The position numbers and the translations under genes are program-made. Below are positions 8,829 through 18,774 of a stretch of DNA of 64,000 nt, piece by piece. Numbering within the stretch: the stretch's first letter is position 1; every line of letters starts with the position of its first letter. This DNA is from Candidatus Latescibacterota bacterium (lineage in GTDB: Bacteria > Latescibacterota > UBA2968 > UBA8231). The notes beneath the pieces were generated by a model, which saw only the letters and a program-made list of their open reading frames with translations, made no database searches and was not told the DNA's origin. Where the stretch lies: NCBI GenBank assembly GCA_965217585.1, contig OZ244561.1, positions 3,264,001 through 3,328,000 on the forward strand. Direction: 5' to 3'.

Positions 8829-10355
8829 TCAAGGCGCGTACAGATTGTGCGAACGGTATTGAAAAAAGATCATCCGCCGATTCTGTTCTCCCGTCCACGG
8901 ATAAGCCCCGTGCGCCTGCGCCGACCCCAAGAACAGCAGCACGTCGCCCGCCTTCATAGCCACGTGTTTAACTAGCCCCATTTCGTTATCGCAGGTGCGA
9001 ATGCCGTCGGGCATGGGGTAAGCGGTTTTGTGCGAGCCGGGCACGCAGACAAAGCCCCCGTCGGCCGGCGTCACATCGCGCAATTGCCAAGCCACGTTGA
9101 GGTATTCGGCGTACACGCGGCCATTCTGTTGGCGGTAGTGATTGCCCACCTTGGCTGGCGTGGCGGCCGAGTGCAGAGAGTGCCCGGACGACCCTTTTCC
9201 GGACAGGAAGCCGCTGCACATCATGCATTCGAAGCCGCTGCCCATGATCCAGTTCAGGCGCTGGACTAGCGCCGGATCGGCGATCATGCGCTGGAACGGC
9301 TCGCCGTATGGCGCGGGCAACGCCCACGGGTTGCCCATGGACGAGCGGCCGACTCCGGTGCCGGCCAGCGGCGTTGAATCGCCGGCAGCCGACCCGCCGT
9401 GGCTAATTCGGTCGGGATTTTGGTCGATGGCTTCGTTGGCCGCTGCCAGCCATTCCTCGTCCATCACGCCCCGCAAAACGAGGTGGCCGCACAGGTCCCA
9501 GTGGAAAAATTCCTTTTCGTCAATCTCGGAATCTGGGTCGCGGATGTAGATCGAGGGATGGAAAGTTCCCGGCTCCTCCGCCAGCCAAACCTTTTCGCCA
9601 TCCGAATGCACCACCGGCGACGGGTACGGGCGGTTGGGATTGTGCAAGACGGCGCGCTGGATATCGGTCAGATCGTCGGCCCACTCGGGCGGCGCGCTGT
9701 CGTCGCCGCGGATTTCGGACGCTGCCCCTGGCCGTACGCCAGTGCTGATGTACTCGCATTCGAGCAGGCGTTGCGGCCCCGCGCCCTGCCAAGGCCGCAA
9801 GCCCCGCATCAGCGACTCGGTGCAGAGCAGGAGATCGCCCGCCTGCAAGACCGGCTGCTCGACGAGTTCCATAGGATCGGTTCCGTCAATTAGGTCTTGC
9901 GGGGCCGGGACCGTGTTGTTGTGGCTGGCCGGTACTACGACCAAACCCCCATCCTCTGCGCCCACGTCTGCCAGCGCCCAGAAGGCCCGCACTCCTTGGC
10001 AGAAGCGATTCCCATTGTACTGCCGATACGCCCGCGACCAATCCACCCACTCGTCGCCACCCGACAGGTCCGTCGTTTCGGCGCATGACTCGACGAGTCG
10101 CGGCGATTCGTCGAGCCGGAAGCCCTCGCCGCAAATCTGCTCCAGATACTGCATTAGCACTGGATGCTCGCGCAGGGCGCGCAGGGGATTGCAAGCGGGC
10201 GACGTCCAGCGCAGCGGGCCGTTGTCAGACGCTAGCTGGTCCAGGGCCTGATTGCAGGCGTTCAGTTCGGCTGCCGTCAGGACGCCGGGGACGATCATGT
10301 ACCCCGCCACGTCGAAGCGGTAGTTTTCTTCATTGGTCATCATCTTGTCGTCCAT
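8829..10355 (-). CDS. Tandem two-domain phytanoyl-CoA dioxygenase (PhyH)-family protein
   Basis: Two PhyH repeats (FDVAGY/WDLCGH; GGLVVVPASH/GGFVCVPGSH; AGD.LL); start placed at ATG 10355 behind GAGGAGG. Confidence 0.8.
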   Translation of the reverse strand: MDDKMMTNEENYRFDVAGYMIVPGVLTAAELNACNQALDQLASDNGPLRWTSPACNPLRALREHPVLMQYLEQICGEGFRLDESPRLVESCAETTDLSGGDEWVDWSRAYRQYNGNRFCQGVRAFWALADVGAEDGGLVVVPASHNNTVPAPQDLIDGTDPMELVEQPVLQAGDLLLCTESLMRGLRPWQGAGPQRLLECEYISTGVRPGAASEIRGDDSAPPEWADDLTDIQRAVLHNPNRPYPSPVVHSDGEKVWLAEEPGTFHPSIYIRDPDSEIDEKEFFHWDLCGHLVLRGVMDEEWLAAANEAIDQNPDRISHGGSAAGDSTPLAGTGVGRSSMGNPWALPAPYGEPFQRMIADPALVQRLNWIMGSGFECMMCSGFLSGKGSSGHSLHSAATPAKVGNHYRQQNGRVYAEYLNVAWQLRDVTPADGGFVCVPGSHKTAYPMPDGIRTCDNEMGLVKHVAMKAGDVLLFLGSAQAHGAYPWTGEQNRRMIFFQYRSHNLYAP

Positions 10356-10480
10356 GAGGTCCTCCTCGCGGTTCTCAGTGGAATCGACGGATCCCTTTGT
10401 GATCCCTCGCCAATTTGGTATCATAGTAGCCCGTAAAAAAATGACGCGCAACTAACGCCTTATGGCAGAGGAGGTTCGCC

Positions 10481-11485
10481 GTGAAGATCACCCAAGTAGA
10501 GCTGTACGAAGTCGAAATCCCGCCGATCCCGGCAATCGCCCGCTACTATCCCAAGATCTACGACATCACCCTCTGCCGCGTGCAGACGGACGAGGGCTTG
10601 GAGGGCTGGGGCGAGTTCATCGACAAAAAGTCTGTCGGTCAGGAGCAAGTCGACGCTCTCGTGGGCCAAGACCCGCTGGCCTTGGACCCGTACGACCGTC
10701 CAGACGCGTTCACCTGCGCGCTGCTCGACATTGCGGGCCAAGCCTACGGCATCCCGCTGCACCGCTTCTTTGGGGCGCAGGTGCGCGACAAGGTGCCGGT
10801 GTCGTACTGGTCGTGCCCCATGACGCCAGAAGAGACCGCGGCCGAGGCGGAAATAGGGGCCGAGCAGGGCTTTAGCAACCACAAGCTCAAGGCGCGCTCG
10901 TGGAATATTGTCGAGACGGTGCGGCTGATGAAAGAAGCGGCAGGGGCCGACTACACGGTCGGCATCGATCCCAATACTGAATTCGCCCTGCTGCCGACTG
11001 GCGCGCGCTTGGCGAGCGAATTGGAGCCTTTTGGCACGGTATCGGTCTTTGAAGATCCCATCCTCAAAAACAATCTCGAATGGTATCGCATCCTGCGCGA
11101 GAAGACCCACATTCCCATCGCCCTGCACTTGGGGGCACCGTCCGGCGTGCTGGCGGCGCTCAAGGCTGAGTGTATTGACTACGTGAACTTGGGCGGCTCG
11201 GCGCTGCAAGTGCGGAAGGCGGCGGCGCTGGCGGAGGCTGCGGACGTGCCCTGCTGGGTTCAGATGGGCGGGTTGTGTACCGGGGTGATGGCGGCCTACT
11301 CGGTGCATCTACAGGCGACGTTGCCCAATGCTACGCTGCCGTGCGACGAGTTGCCCTTTACGCGGGAGGCCGATGTTGTGGCCGAGGGGCTGGCGCTGGA
11401 GAAGGGGCACTTTACCGTGCCCACAGGGTCGGGGTTGGGGATTAAGGTCGATATGGAGGTGGTGGAGCGCTATCGCGTCGCTTGA
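10481..11485 (+). CDS. Mandelate racemase/muconate lactonizing enzyme-family protein
   Basis: VQTDEGLEGWGE; KLK motif; DPN and FEDP metal ligands; GLGI.VD C-terminus; GAGGAGG RBS. Confidence 0.85.
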   Translation: MKITQVELYEVEIPPIPAIARYYPKIYDITLCRVQTDEGLEGWGEFIDKKSVGQEQVDALVGQDPLALDPYDRPDAFTCALLDIAGQAYGIPLHRFFGAQVRDKVPVSYWSCPMTPEETAAEAEIGAEQGFSNHKLKARSWNIVETVRLMKEAAGADYTVGIDPNTEFALLPTGARLASELEPFGTVSVFEDPILKNNLEWYRILREKTHIPIALHLGAPSGVLAALKAECIDYVNLGGSALQVRKAAALAEAADVPCWVQMGGLCTGVMAAYSVHLQATLPNATLPCDELPFTREADVVAEGLALEKGHFTVPTGSGLGIKVDMEVVERYRVA

Positions 11486-11498
11486 GAAAGAAAGACTC

Positions 11499-11744
11499 AT
11501 GAAGCCGTTCGAGAAATGCCCAGTATGCAGCGGGGAGTTGGTGAGAAAGGACGTTGAAAAACTTCTCCATGGCGGAAAGCATACTGCCGTGATTAGCGTT
11601 TCTGCAGAAGTATGCCTTCATTGCGGAGAAAGATTGTATTCAGAGGGTACAATCAAACGTTTTGAAGAAATCCGTGTAAAACTAGCCCAGGAACAGACCA
11701 CGGATTTTCAGCCGATGGGACAAGCCTTTCAAGTCAATAGCTGA
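11499..11744 (+). CDS. YgiT-type zinc-finger protein (orphan antitoxin-like)
   Basis: MKPFEKCPVCSG...VCLHCGERLYS; followed directly by an attC site. Confidence 0.8.
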   Translation: MKPFEKCPVCSGELVRKDVEKLLHGGKHTAVISVSAEVCLHCGERLYSEGTIKRFEEIRVKLAQEQTTDFQPMGQAFQVNS

Positions 11745-11756
11745 TTCTCTGCCAGC

Positions 11757-11841
11757 GTATAACAACGGCCACACGACAACGGGGCATTCTCCCCTACGTC
11801 TAACTCGCTACGCGAGTTCGTGTGGCCGTAACTCGTTAAAG
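11757..11841 (+). other. attC site
   Basis: GTATAAC (R'') ... ACGGCCACACGA / TCGTGTGGCCGT inverted repeat ... GTTAAAG (R'). Confidence 0.8.
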
Positions 11842-12128
11842 GAACATGGGATGAGGCTGCATATTCACAGTGTATATTCACTATTGAGACAGAGCAGCTG
11901 CGGGTAGTTCTGGAGCGGCTGCCCCTGAAGTTACTCGGTTGGCAAGATACGTATGGGGCTGCCTCCAACGTGAAAGCCGAGAAGCTCGCTGCTGGTCCGC
12001 AGGACGGAAAGATCGTTGTGCCTGACTGAGTGCTAGCGCGACTCAAACCAAGACTGTCGTAATGTATCGCAGAGTATACCACGTTCTCTAAAATTCCGTT
12101 GATGCTACGTGCCGTTTGGCGCTTAGGG

Positions 12129-12340
12129 CACATCCTCATCGCCCTGCACCTGGGATCGCCGCCCGACGTGCTGGCGGCGCTCAAGGCTGGGTGCATTGAC
12201 TACGTGAACTTGAGTGGCTCGGCGATGCAAGTGCGGCAGGTGGCGGCGCTGGCGGATGCTGCGGACGTGCCGTGCTGGATCCAAATGGGTGGGTTGTGTA
12301 CCGGGGTGATGGCGGCCTACTCAGCGCATCTACAGGCGAC
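12129..12340 (+). pseudogene. Diverged partial copy of the enolase-family gene (matches 11108-11319)
   Basis: IALHLGSPPDVLAALKAGCIDYVNL...HLQAT aligns to the 10481 gene; no start or end. Confidence 0.85.
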
Positions 12341-12401
12341 CATAGGGAAATGCCCGGCCCATTATGGGCTGGGCATTATGGCCTTCGCGTCGTCGCGCTA
12401 C

Positions 12402-12566
12402 CGGAAATTCAAGAATCATCTATCTCAATATATTACAATAGGTTATGTGTAATATATCAGCTTCGCAGTGTTGGTTTGCGGCTGTTTACACGAATACGTA
12501 CCTTCGGGTCAGATAAGTAGCACTTGGCGGCGATTACCCAAACCAATTGTTCGGGTACAAATAGAT
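12402..12566 (+). promoter_or_regulatory. Cassette promoter plus attI-like module, copy 1 (core split by IS)
   Basis: -35 TTGCGG (12476), 17 bp, -10 TACCTT (12499); then ACCAATTGTTCGGGTACAAATAG. Homologous to 20445, 26320, 51783 and 63748. Confidence 0.7.
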
Positions 12567-13637
12567 TAGGACTTACGCAGTTGGATAGTTTAGGATAAGA
12601 TAGAAGCTACTCCCCCTCCGCCGCGAGCCAGTCCGATGAACCCAGCCAAGTGTGCAGACCACGACTACATCCACTTCCTGATCGCCGCTCAGTGCGCCTT
12701 CAGTTGTACTGAGGCCGCCCGCTGTCATCCTGAAGGGGGCCCTACGCCATCCCATGACGCCTTCACGCGCCTGCTCACAAGACAGCCTCCCGATACCGAG
12801 GCGTTGTGGCGAGAGACGCAGGGACTGGTCACCCTTCAGGGCGGCGTGTTGGCTCTGGACGATTCCACCTTGGACAAGCCCTATGCCAAGCGGATCGAAC
12901 TGGTGACGCGCCATTGGAGCGGCAAACATCACCGGGTGGTCTTGGGCATCAATCTCATAAGTATGGTCTGGTCGGACGGCCTCGCTTGCATTCCCTGCGA
13001 CTTCCGCGTCTATGACAAGCCGATCGGGGGCCACAACAAGAACGAGCACTTCCGGGCGATGCTGGCCAGTGCCCAAGCGCGCGGCTTTCAGCCCGAGTGC
13101 GTGGTGTTCGATAGCTGGTATGCTTCCCTCGACAACCTCAAGCGGATTCGCGCCTACGATTGGTCTTGGCTGACGCGCCTCAAGGCCAACAGACAGGTCA
13201 ACCCCGATGGGAGCGGCAACGTGGCGATCGGCTCTGTTGCCATCGAACCGGAAGGCCGGCGGGTGCATCTCAAGGGCTATGGGTTCATCCAGGTGTTTCG
13301 GACGGTCTCGGCAAACGGAGACGCGCAATACTGGGCAACCAACGACCTGGAGATGGCTGTCAGCCAGTTTGAGGCGTGGTCCAAGCGGGCGTGGTCCATT
13401 GAGACCTACCACCGAGGCCTCAAGCAGTGTTGCGGCGTCGAGCAGGCGCAGGTTCGGTCGGCACGGGCGCAGATGAACCATATCGCGTTGTCGATTCGCG
13501 CCTTCGTGCGGTTGGAGGTGCATAGACTCCAAACCGGTGTCAGTTGGTATGAAGCCAAAAGGAACATCATCCGAGAGGCTGTCCGGCTGTATCTGCAACG
13601 ACCACTGCACAGGCTCAACTCAACTGCGTAAGTCCTA
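12567..13637 (+). mobile_element. IS701-family insertion sequence
   Basis: TIRs TAGGACTTACGCAGTTG / CAACTGCGTAAGTCCTA; 5-bp TSD TAGAT. Confidence 0.9.
12636..13631 (+). CDS. IS701-family transposase
   Basis: LDDSTLDKPY, FDSWY, RAWSIETYHRGLKQ DDE motifs. Confidence 0.92.
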   Translation: MNPAKCADHDYIHFLIAAQCAFSCTEAARCHPEGGPTPSHDAFTRLLTRQPPDTEALWRETQGLVTLQGGVLALDDSTLDKPYAKRIELVTRHWSGKHHRVVLGINLISMVWSDGLACIPCDFRVYDKPIGGHNKNEHFRAMLASAQARGFQPECVVFDSWYASLDNLKRIRAYDWSWLTRLKANRQVNPDGSGNVAIGSVAIEPEGRRVHLKGYGFIQVFRTVSANGDAQYWATNDLEMAVSQFEAWSKRAWSIETYHRGLKQCCGVEQAQVRSARAQMNHIALSIRAFVRLEVHRLQTGVSWYEAKRNIIREAVRLYLQRPLHRLNSTA

Positions 13638-13733
13638 TAGATATGAAAATTCAGCATTTTGCAGTATATCTACAGAATAAAGGACGATATACCGCATATC
13701 CGCCGTTCAATCACTAGTTAAGTATCCGAAGCC

Positions 13734-15068
13734 ATGAATAGAGAGCATTTCTTGGACGATCTTGAGAAGTATCCGGTTGAGGGTGGAGATATTCCACCGA
13801 TCCTAGATCGAAGCGACGGGGGCTATGCATCTTGGCACATCAGGCTCCTTGCATGTCTTCAACGCGAACAGATGATATGGAGAAGCCAACCGGAGTACCC
13901 CTACCTTTCCGTCGACGCTGAAGCACTGAACCGGTGCCACTCAACCATCGGCAGGGCCGTTCTACTCGCTCATGAGTTCTTGTTGCAGAACCTAAGCCGA
14001 AAAGAACTAGGCCGGATTATGGCCGCTGGCATAGTCGGTGGCGGGGTATATGCAGGCATTACACCGACATCAGACTTCTTACCGGAAGGGGCAGCCAACC
14101 CCAATGCCCACTGCCTCTGCGCCTTCAACCATCCTCTATACATCAGATCTACACCGTTCATGGCAGAGGGTATCTGGCTCCTCGTCCTAGACGAAGACCA
14201 ACCTTATCAGTACGCTGTAGCGGATATAGATAGCTCTGAGTCGCACTCATTCCCTCTGTTGAACTCCCTGCCGTTGGGACCATATAGGGAGCTCCAGTCT
14301 CACTTTCGTGAGCGGTATAGACAGAGCCGAAAACCACTCAATGCAGATGAGCTTGCAGAGTTGGATGAATTCATCAGTACTGTTTTCGAGGCTAACCAAA
14401 AGGTCTTGAAAGAGGCTGAGCACTACCACCTGCGTCACAAGGACAAAAAGTCCCGGTACACCCATCCAGCGCCATGGCTCACACCGTTTGGTAGGCTGGT
14501 GCATGACGAGGAAGGTGAGCCCAGCATCGAGCACAACCTCGCACTCCTTCACTGCACGAAGGCTATCGAGGAGTTCAACTGTGCCAAGAACGCGGAGGAC
14601 AGCGGGAACGATGGGCGAAAAGTGATTCATGGAGCATACTGCATAATCGCCTTGGCAGCTTTTATTGAGGCGGCTGCTAACCGAGCGTACTTCGTTTCAA
14701 AGGGTTCACATGTCGTCTCGACTGATAACCAGACTTCGACCGCCCGCCTTCTCTCTGAAGCCGAGCAAATAGCACATAGACGGGACGATGCCCCACAGCG
14801 ACGGTTTAAACGGTTGAAACAGAGTTCCGAAGAATACAGAGCACTAGAGGAAGTGCGTCAGATTCGGAATAAGCTGATTCATGCAACTGAAGCTGCTGTC
14901 CCGATCGATCAAGGAGTGGGAGCATCAGAGCTTGTCGCCTGTCTCACGGTTGAGAATTGCAGGCGTCTGCTGTCTCTTGTGAGGAAGGCCCTAGTTCACA
15001 TTGTTGAACAGGTTCCTGAGATCGGTTTGCAGGTCCGACTCGACGAACAAGGTGAGATGGCTAGGTGA
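13734..15068 (+). CDS. Hypothetical protein with C-terminal HEPN-like motif
   Basis: AAFIEAAAN plus RNKLIH (Rx4H); first gene downstream of the attI-like copy 1. Confidence 0.6.
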   Translation: MNREHFLDDLEKYPVEGGDIPPILDRSDGGYASWHIRLLACLQREQMIWRSQPEYPYLSVDAEALNRCHSTIGRAVLLAHEFLLQNLSRKELGRIMAAGIVGGGVYAGITPTSDFLPEGAANPNAHCLCAFNHPLYIRSTPFMAEGIWLLVLDEDQPYQYAVADIDSSESHSFPLLNSLPLGPYRELQSHFRERYRQSRKPLNADELAELDEFISTVFEANQKVLKEAEHYHLRHKDKKSRYTHPAPWLTPFGRLVHDEEGEPSIEHNLALLHCTKAIEEFNCAKNAEDSGNDGRKVIHGAYCIIALAAFIEAAANRAYFVSKGSHVVSTDNQTSTARLLSEAEQIAHRRDDAPQRRFKRLKQSSEEYRALEEVRQIRNKLIHATEAAVPIDQGVGASELVACLTVENCRRLLSLVRKALVHIVEQVPEIGLQVRLDEQGEMAR

Positions 15069-15203
15069 GTGGGAGGTCCCGTGAGAGCATCAAGTGGGTG
15101 ACCTCATATGCAATTGAACGCGACGGACTTATGGGAATACAGAGTTGACCGTGTTCGCCTTTCTGGTTCAATTGGTTCAAAAACGTGGAAGAATCCCGTC
15201 TGT

Positions 15204-15269
15204 GGGCATTCGCCTCTTGGCCTTTGGCACCCCGCATACGCGGGGTCGTAAATGGTGAGAGCGTTAGGC
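15204..15269 (+). other. Partial attC (right half)
   Basis: GCATTCGCCTCTTGGCCTTTGGCACCCCGC...GCGGGGTCG matches the sites at 18775 and 30349; ends in GTTAGGC; no R'' found. Confidence 0.65.
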
Positions 15270-15297
15270 GACATCGACATCTTCGGGGAGAAGTGAC

Positions 15298-15729
15298 ATG
15301 GAGCGAGTCTTCAGAGCGCTCGGTACGGTCCTCGTGGCGGTCGTTCTCTTGGCGATAATTGGCCTGGGGATCGGGACGACGCAGCCGATGCCCGATAACG
15401 CCGTGGTCCTGCTTGATCAGTTGGAAGAGACCTACATCGCACCGCCTTGTCTTGAGTTCTCCGCAGAGCAGGAGGCCGAGTTTTCAAGACTCATGGGGGA
15501 CGTCTTCACCTTCGAGGATTCCATCGGCGTCTTCGAGGATATGACGGGGCTTCGTTACGCGGATGCGGCTAGGGCACGTCGCCTTAAGTTTCGTCCTGAT
15601 CCAGACTGCCGTGATCAAGGTGCTTTCACCAGCGATGGACGCAGCTTGACAGGGCTCGTCCTTCAGAACTTGGGAGTTCTCCCGGAGAAGCCCCGACGGT
15701 GGACCGACGACGGAGGCTGGAACTGGTAG
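15298..15729 (+). CDS. Membrane-anchored hypothetical protein (gene cassette)
   Basis: N-terminal TM helix; cassette ends GTTAGGCGAC / GTCGCCTAAC are complementary. Confidence 0.7.
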   Translation: MERVFRALGTVLVAVVLLAIIGLGIGTTQPMPDNAVVLLDQLEETYIAPPCLEFSAEQEAEFSRLMGDVFTFEDSIGVFEDMTGLRYADAARARRLKFRPDPDCRDQGAFTSDGRSLTGLVLQNLGVLPEKPRRWTDDGGWNW

Positions 15730-15751
15730 TGCGGGGTGCCTCGGCCACGTC

Positions 15752-15842
15752 GCCTAACAGGTCCACTAGCGACTTCGGCCACTGCGTGGCCTCCACGAAC
15801 ACCTGCTTACGGCGGGCGTCACTAGTGGCCAAGGCTTTAGGT
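15752..15842 (+). other. attC site (R' degenerate)
   Basis: GCCTAAC...CCACTAGCGAC / GTCACTAGTGG...TTTAGGT. Confidence 0.75.
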
Positions 15843-15873
15843 GTAATCAAAATTCTGTATTGGGAGCGAATTA

Positions 15874-17559
15874 ATGCATCTGAAATCAATAATGCTCAGG
15901 AACTTTGGTCCTTTTCGAAAGTACGAGATACAGTTTCCGGAAGAAGACCAAGTGTGTGCTCTACTTACAGGAAAGAACAATGAAGGAAAGTCCTGCATCA
16001 TACGAGCACTTAAGCTGTTAAACGCTGCAACAAAGGTAGTTGGTCAGAATCGCCAAATAATCAATATCAATGGTGATGAGAGATATCGACTGTTACAGGT
16101 AGATTTAGATGGTGTTGTAGTTGGACGATTGGTACATAATTATCAGGAGACTATTGCAGAAATCAGAGGGACATTCAGCAATGGGATTAGGATAGAAGTG
16201 TTTCTTGATCCGATGCAAGACATTGTATATGCCGATCATATTGGTCAAGTGCCCAAAGAATTACGTGAAAGCATCGGCTTTATCCCTCCTCTCGGCCCAG
16301 TTGCAGAAGTTGAAGAACCGCTTACAGAACGCTACCTCCGATCTGTCGTTGATACTTCTCTTGCCCCGAGACACATAAGGAATCACTTCCGATTTATCTT
16401 AAGTAAAGATGAATTTGAACTTGTCCAAGACATTGTATCCAATACTTGGTCCGATGTAACCCTTCTTCGATGCGAACACGATGTGACTCAGAATCAGCTA
16501 AACACCTTTTACAAAGAAGGTCGTTGGGAACGAGAAATTGCGTGGGCAGGGCAAGGTCTTCAAGTTTGGTTTCAGATAGTTTCACACTTAGTTCGACTAC
16601 GGGACAAGCTACTAATAGTCTTTGATGAACCAGAAGTCAATTTACATCCGGAAAAACAGAATGATCTTGTTAGGTTAGCCCACGAGTATTGCCTAGGAAG
16701 TGCAATTATCGCTACACATTCTGTTGAGCTTATGAACAATGTCAGCGTTAGTCACATAGTTCATGTAGAGAAATCCAAAAGTAAACCAAAACCAAAGTCA
16801 ACTGATGATAGAACCCATCTTGAAATAGTGCGGTCTAGTATTGGTAGCAATTTCAACCTGATTGCCTCGCAATTTGATGACGTTGATGCTCTTGTATTTA
16901 CTGAAGATACTCAAGACTTCAAGACGGTAATAGCATTCGCGTCTCGACTCCGTATCAACGCTCGGTTATTCAATATTCCTTTGCATGGTTTTTCTGGGTA
17001 TAAAAAAGTAATCTATTACAAAGATGCCTATAATCTGCTAATTGGCAGAGAAATTGACTGTAGAGTTTTGTTGGATAGAGATTTTTACCCTGTTGACTAT
17101 TTAGAATCAGTGCGAAATGAGATGGAGAAACAAAGTATTCAGGTATTGTTTACTCCAGGAAAAGAAATAGAAAACTGTTTCTTGAGTCCCAAAATAATAG
17201 ATAAAATTATACCCAGAAATGAACGTAGTAGATTCGACACATTCTGGAACGAAGTCTACGAAGATCTTTACTATGATTGCTACGGGAGTTTTCTGAAACT
17301 ACATGAGGATTTTTTACCTTCGGGATTGGATACAAAGACTATAACTACTAAATATGGTCCTCAATTCAATAAAAAGTGGCAATCGCATGAATATCGACAT
17401 TTGTTAGTGTCAGGAAAAGTAGCTTTGAAAAAATTGCGAAAGTTCTATCGGGATACTACAGGAGACAACCTATCTCTCAAGCTTCTCCTTGATAGAGTTA
17501 AGCAATCGGGAGATTCAGATCTATCTCTAATAACTAAATCAATCTTTGGAAATGGATAG
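15874..17559 (+). CDS. OLD-like ATP-dependent nuclease (ABC ATPase plus TOPRIM-like)
   Basis: GKNNEGKS, AGQGLQ, FDEPEVNLHP, ATHS; C-half VFTED, LLDRD, KEIEN; AT-rich. Confidence 0.75.
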   Translation: MHLKSIMLRNFGPFRKYEIQFPEEDQVCALLTGKNNEGKSCIIRALKLLNAATKVVGQNRQIININGDERYRLLQVDLDGVVVGRLVHNYQETIAEIRGTFSNGIRIEVFLDPMQDIVYADHIGQVPKELRESIGFIPPLGPVAEVEEPLTERYLRSVVDTSLAPRHIRNHFRFILSKDEFELVQDIVSNTWSDVTLLRCEHDVTQNQLNTFYKEGRWEREIAWAGQGLQVWFQIVSHLVRLRDKLLIVFDEPEVNLHPEKQNDLVRLAHEYCLGSAIIATHSVELMNNVSVSHIVHVEKSKSKPKPKSTDDRTHLEIVRSSIGSNFNLIASQFDDVDALVFTEDTQDFKTVIAFASRLRINARLFNIPLHGFSGYKKVIYYKDAYNLLIGREIDCRVLLDRDFYPVDYLESVRNEMEKQSIQVLFTPGKEIENCFLSPKIIDKIIPRNERSRFDTFWNEVYEDLYYDCYGSFLKLHEDFLPSGLDTKTITTKYGPQFNKKWQSHEYRHLLVSGKVALKKLRKFYRDTTGDNLSLKLLLDRVKQSGDSDLSLITKSIFGNG

Positions 17560-18733
17560 GGCTTTGGTGCATGAATCGGTGTTTTTTCGGTTGCTCGTTT
17601 GAATAAAAACAGGCTCCTCAGTAGATTGAGCACGACTCTCGCTAAAAAACCCATGCCTTCTCTTCCAAGGAACCTGTCATGTCCAACGTATCGTCTTGCC
17701 CGTCTTCGGTCAAGCCCTGTCGCCGTCGCTCGAAGGTCGGGTATCGGGTGCGTAATTGGCCGGACTACGATGCGGGGCTACAACAGCGCGGTAGCTTGAC
17801 CGTGTGGTTCACGCCCCAAGCGGTCGAAGCGTGGTATTATCAAGGGCCGCCCCAACGGGGGGCCCAATATACCTTTTCGGATGGTGCCATCCAAACGGCG
17901 TTGACGCTGCGGCTTTTGTATCACTTGCCGCTGCGCCAAACCGAGGGGTTCGTCGCTTCGGTGTTGGCCTTGATGGGCTTGGCGGTACGGGTGCCGGATC
18001 ACACGACCCTATCGCGGCGTCAGGCCGACTTGGCGGTGGCGATGCCTACACAGCCCAAGGATCAACCCCTGCACTTGGTCGTCGACGCGACGGGGTTGAA
18101 GGTGTATGGCGAAGGCGAGTGGAAGGTGCGTCAGCACGGCTGGAACAAGCGGCGCACGTGGCGCAAATTGCACCTCGGCGTGGATGAAGCCACCGGCGAG
18201 ATCGTTGCACAGACCTTGACGACGAATAGCCAAGATGATGCGGGGCAGGTCGAGCCGTTGCTGGATCAAGTCGAAGCCCCCATCGGAGCGGTGGGCGGGG
18301 ATGGAGCCTATGATCGGCGCAAGGTGTTTGAGGCGTTGGCCGCGCCAGACCGGGGCCCGCCGATGCGTCCGATCATTCCGCCGCGCAAAGACGCCAAGAT
18401 TGAGCAACATGGCAACCGCAAAGCCGAGCCGTTGCCGCGCGATGAGACGATCCGAACCATCCGTAAACGGGGCCGTCGAACGTGGAAAAAAACCAGCGGC
18501 TATCATCGCCGCTCCATCGTCGAAACCCAGATCGGCCGCTACAAACAGATCCTCGGCGACACCTTGCGTGCCCGAACCCTACCCCACCAACAGACCGAAA
18601 CACGGGTGGGCTGTGCCGTGCTCAACCGGATGCGGGCGTTGGCCAAACCCGAGTCCTATCCGATAACCAAAAAAGCATAAATCACACGAGACAGGGGGCA
18701 ACACGGCCCCGCCGGTTTTCATGCAACAAAGCC
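17560..18733 (+). mobile_element. IS5-family (IS903-group) insertion sequence
   Basis: TIRs GGCTTTGGTGCATGAA / TTCATGCAACAAAGCC; 9-bp TSD AATGGATAG. Confidence 0.92.
17679..18680 (+). CDS. IS903-group transposase
   Basis: NWPDYDAGLQQRGSLTVW, VDATGLKVYGEGEW, WRKLHL, GDGAYD, SGYHRRS. Confidence 0.93.
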   Translation: MSNVSSCPSSVKPCRRRSKVGYRVRNWPDYDAGLQQRGSLTVWFTPQAVEAWYYQGPPQRGAQYTFSDGAIQTALTLRLLYHLPLRQTEGFVASVLALMGLAVRVPDHTTLSRRQADLAVAMPTQPKDQPLHLVVDATGLKVYGEGEWKVRQHGWNKRRTWRKLHLGVDEATGEIVAQTLTTNSQDDAGQVEPLLDQVEAPIGAVGGDGAYDRRKVFEALAAPDRGPPMRPIIPPRKDAKIEQHGNRKAEPLPRDETIRTIRKRGRRTWKKTSGYHRRSIVETQIGRYKQILGDTLRARTLPHQQTETRVGCAVLNRMRALAKPESYPITKKA

Positions 18734-18774
18734 AATGGATAGTCGAGTTATATCAATGTTGATGATTTAATTAC

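Noticed and set aside
12573-13610. Long antisense ORFs over transposases (also 22321-23253, 33629-34282)
   Set aside because: Shadow frames of clear DDE transposases with no motifs of their own.
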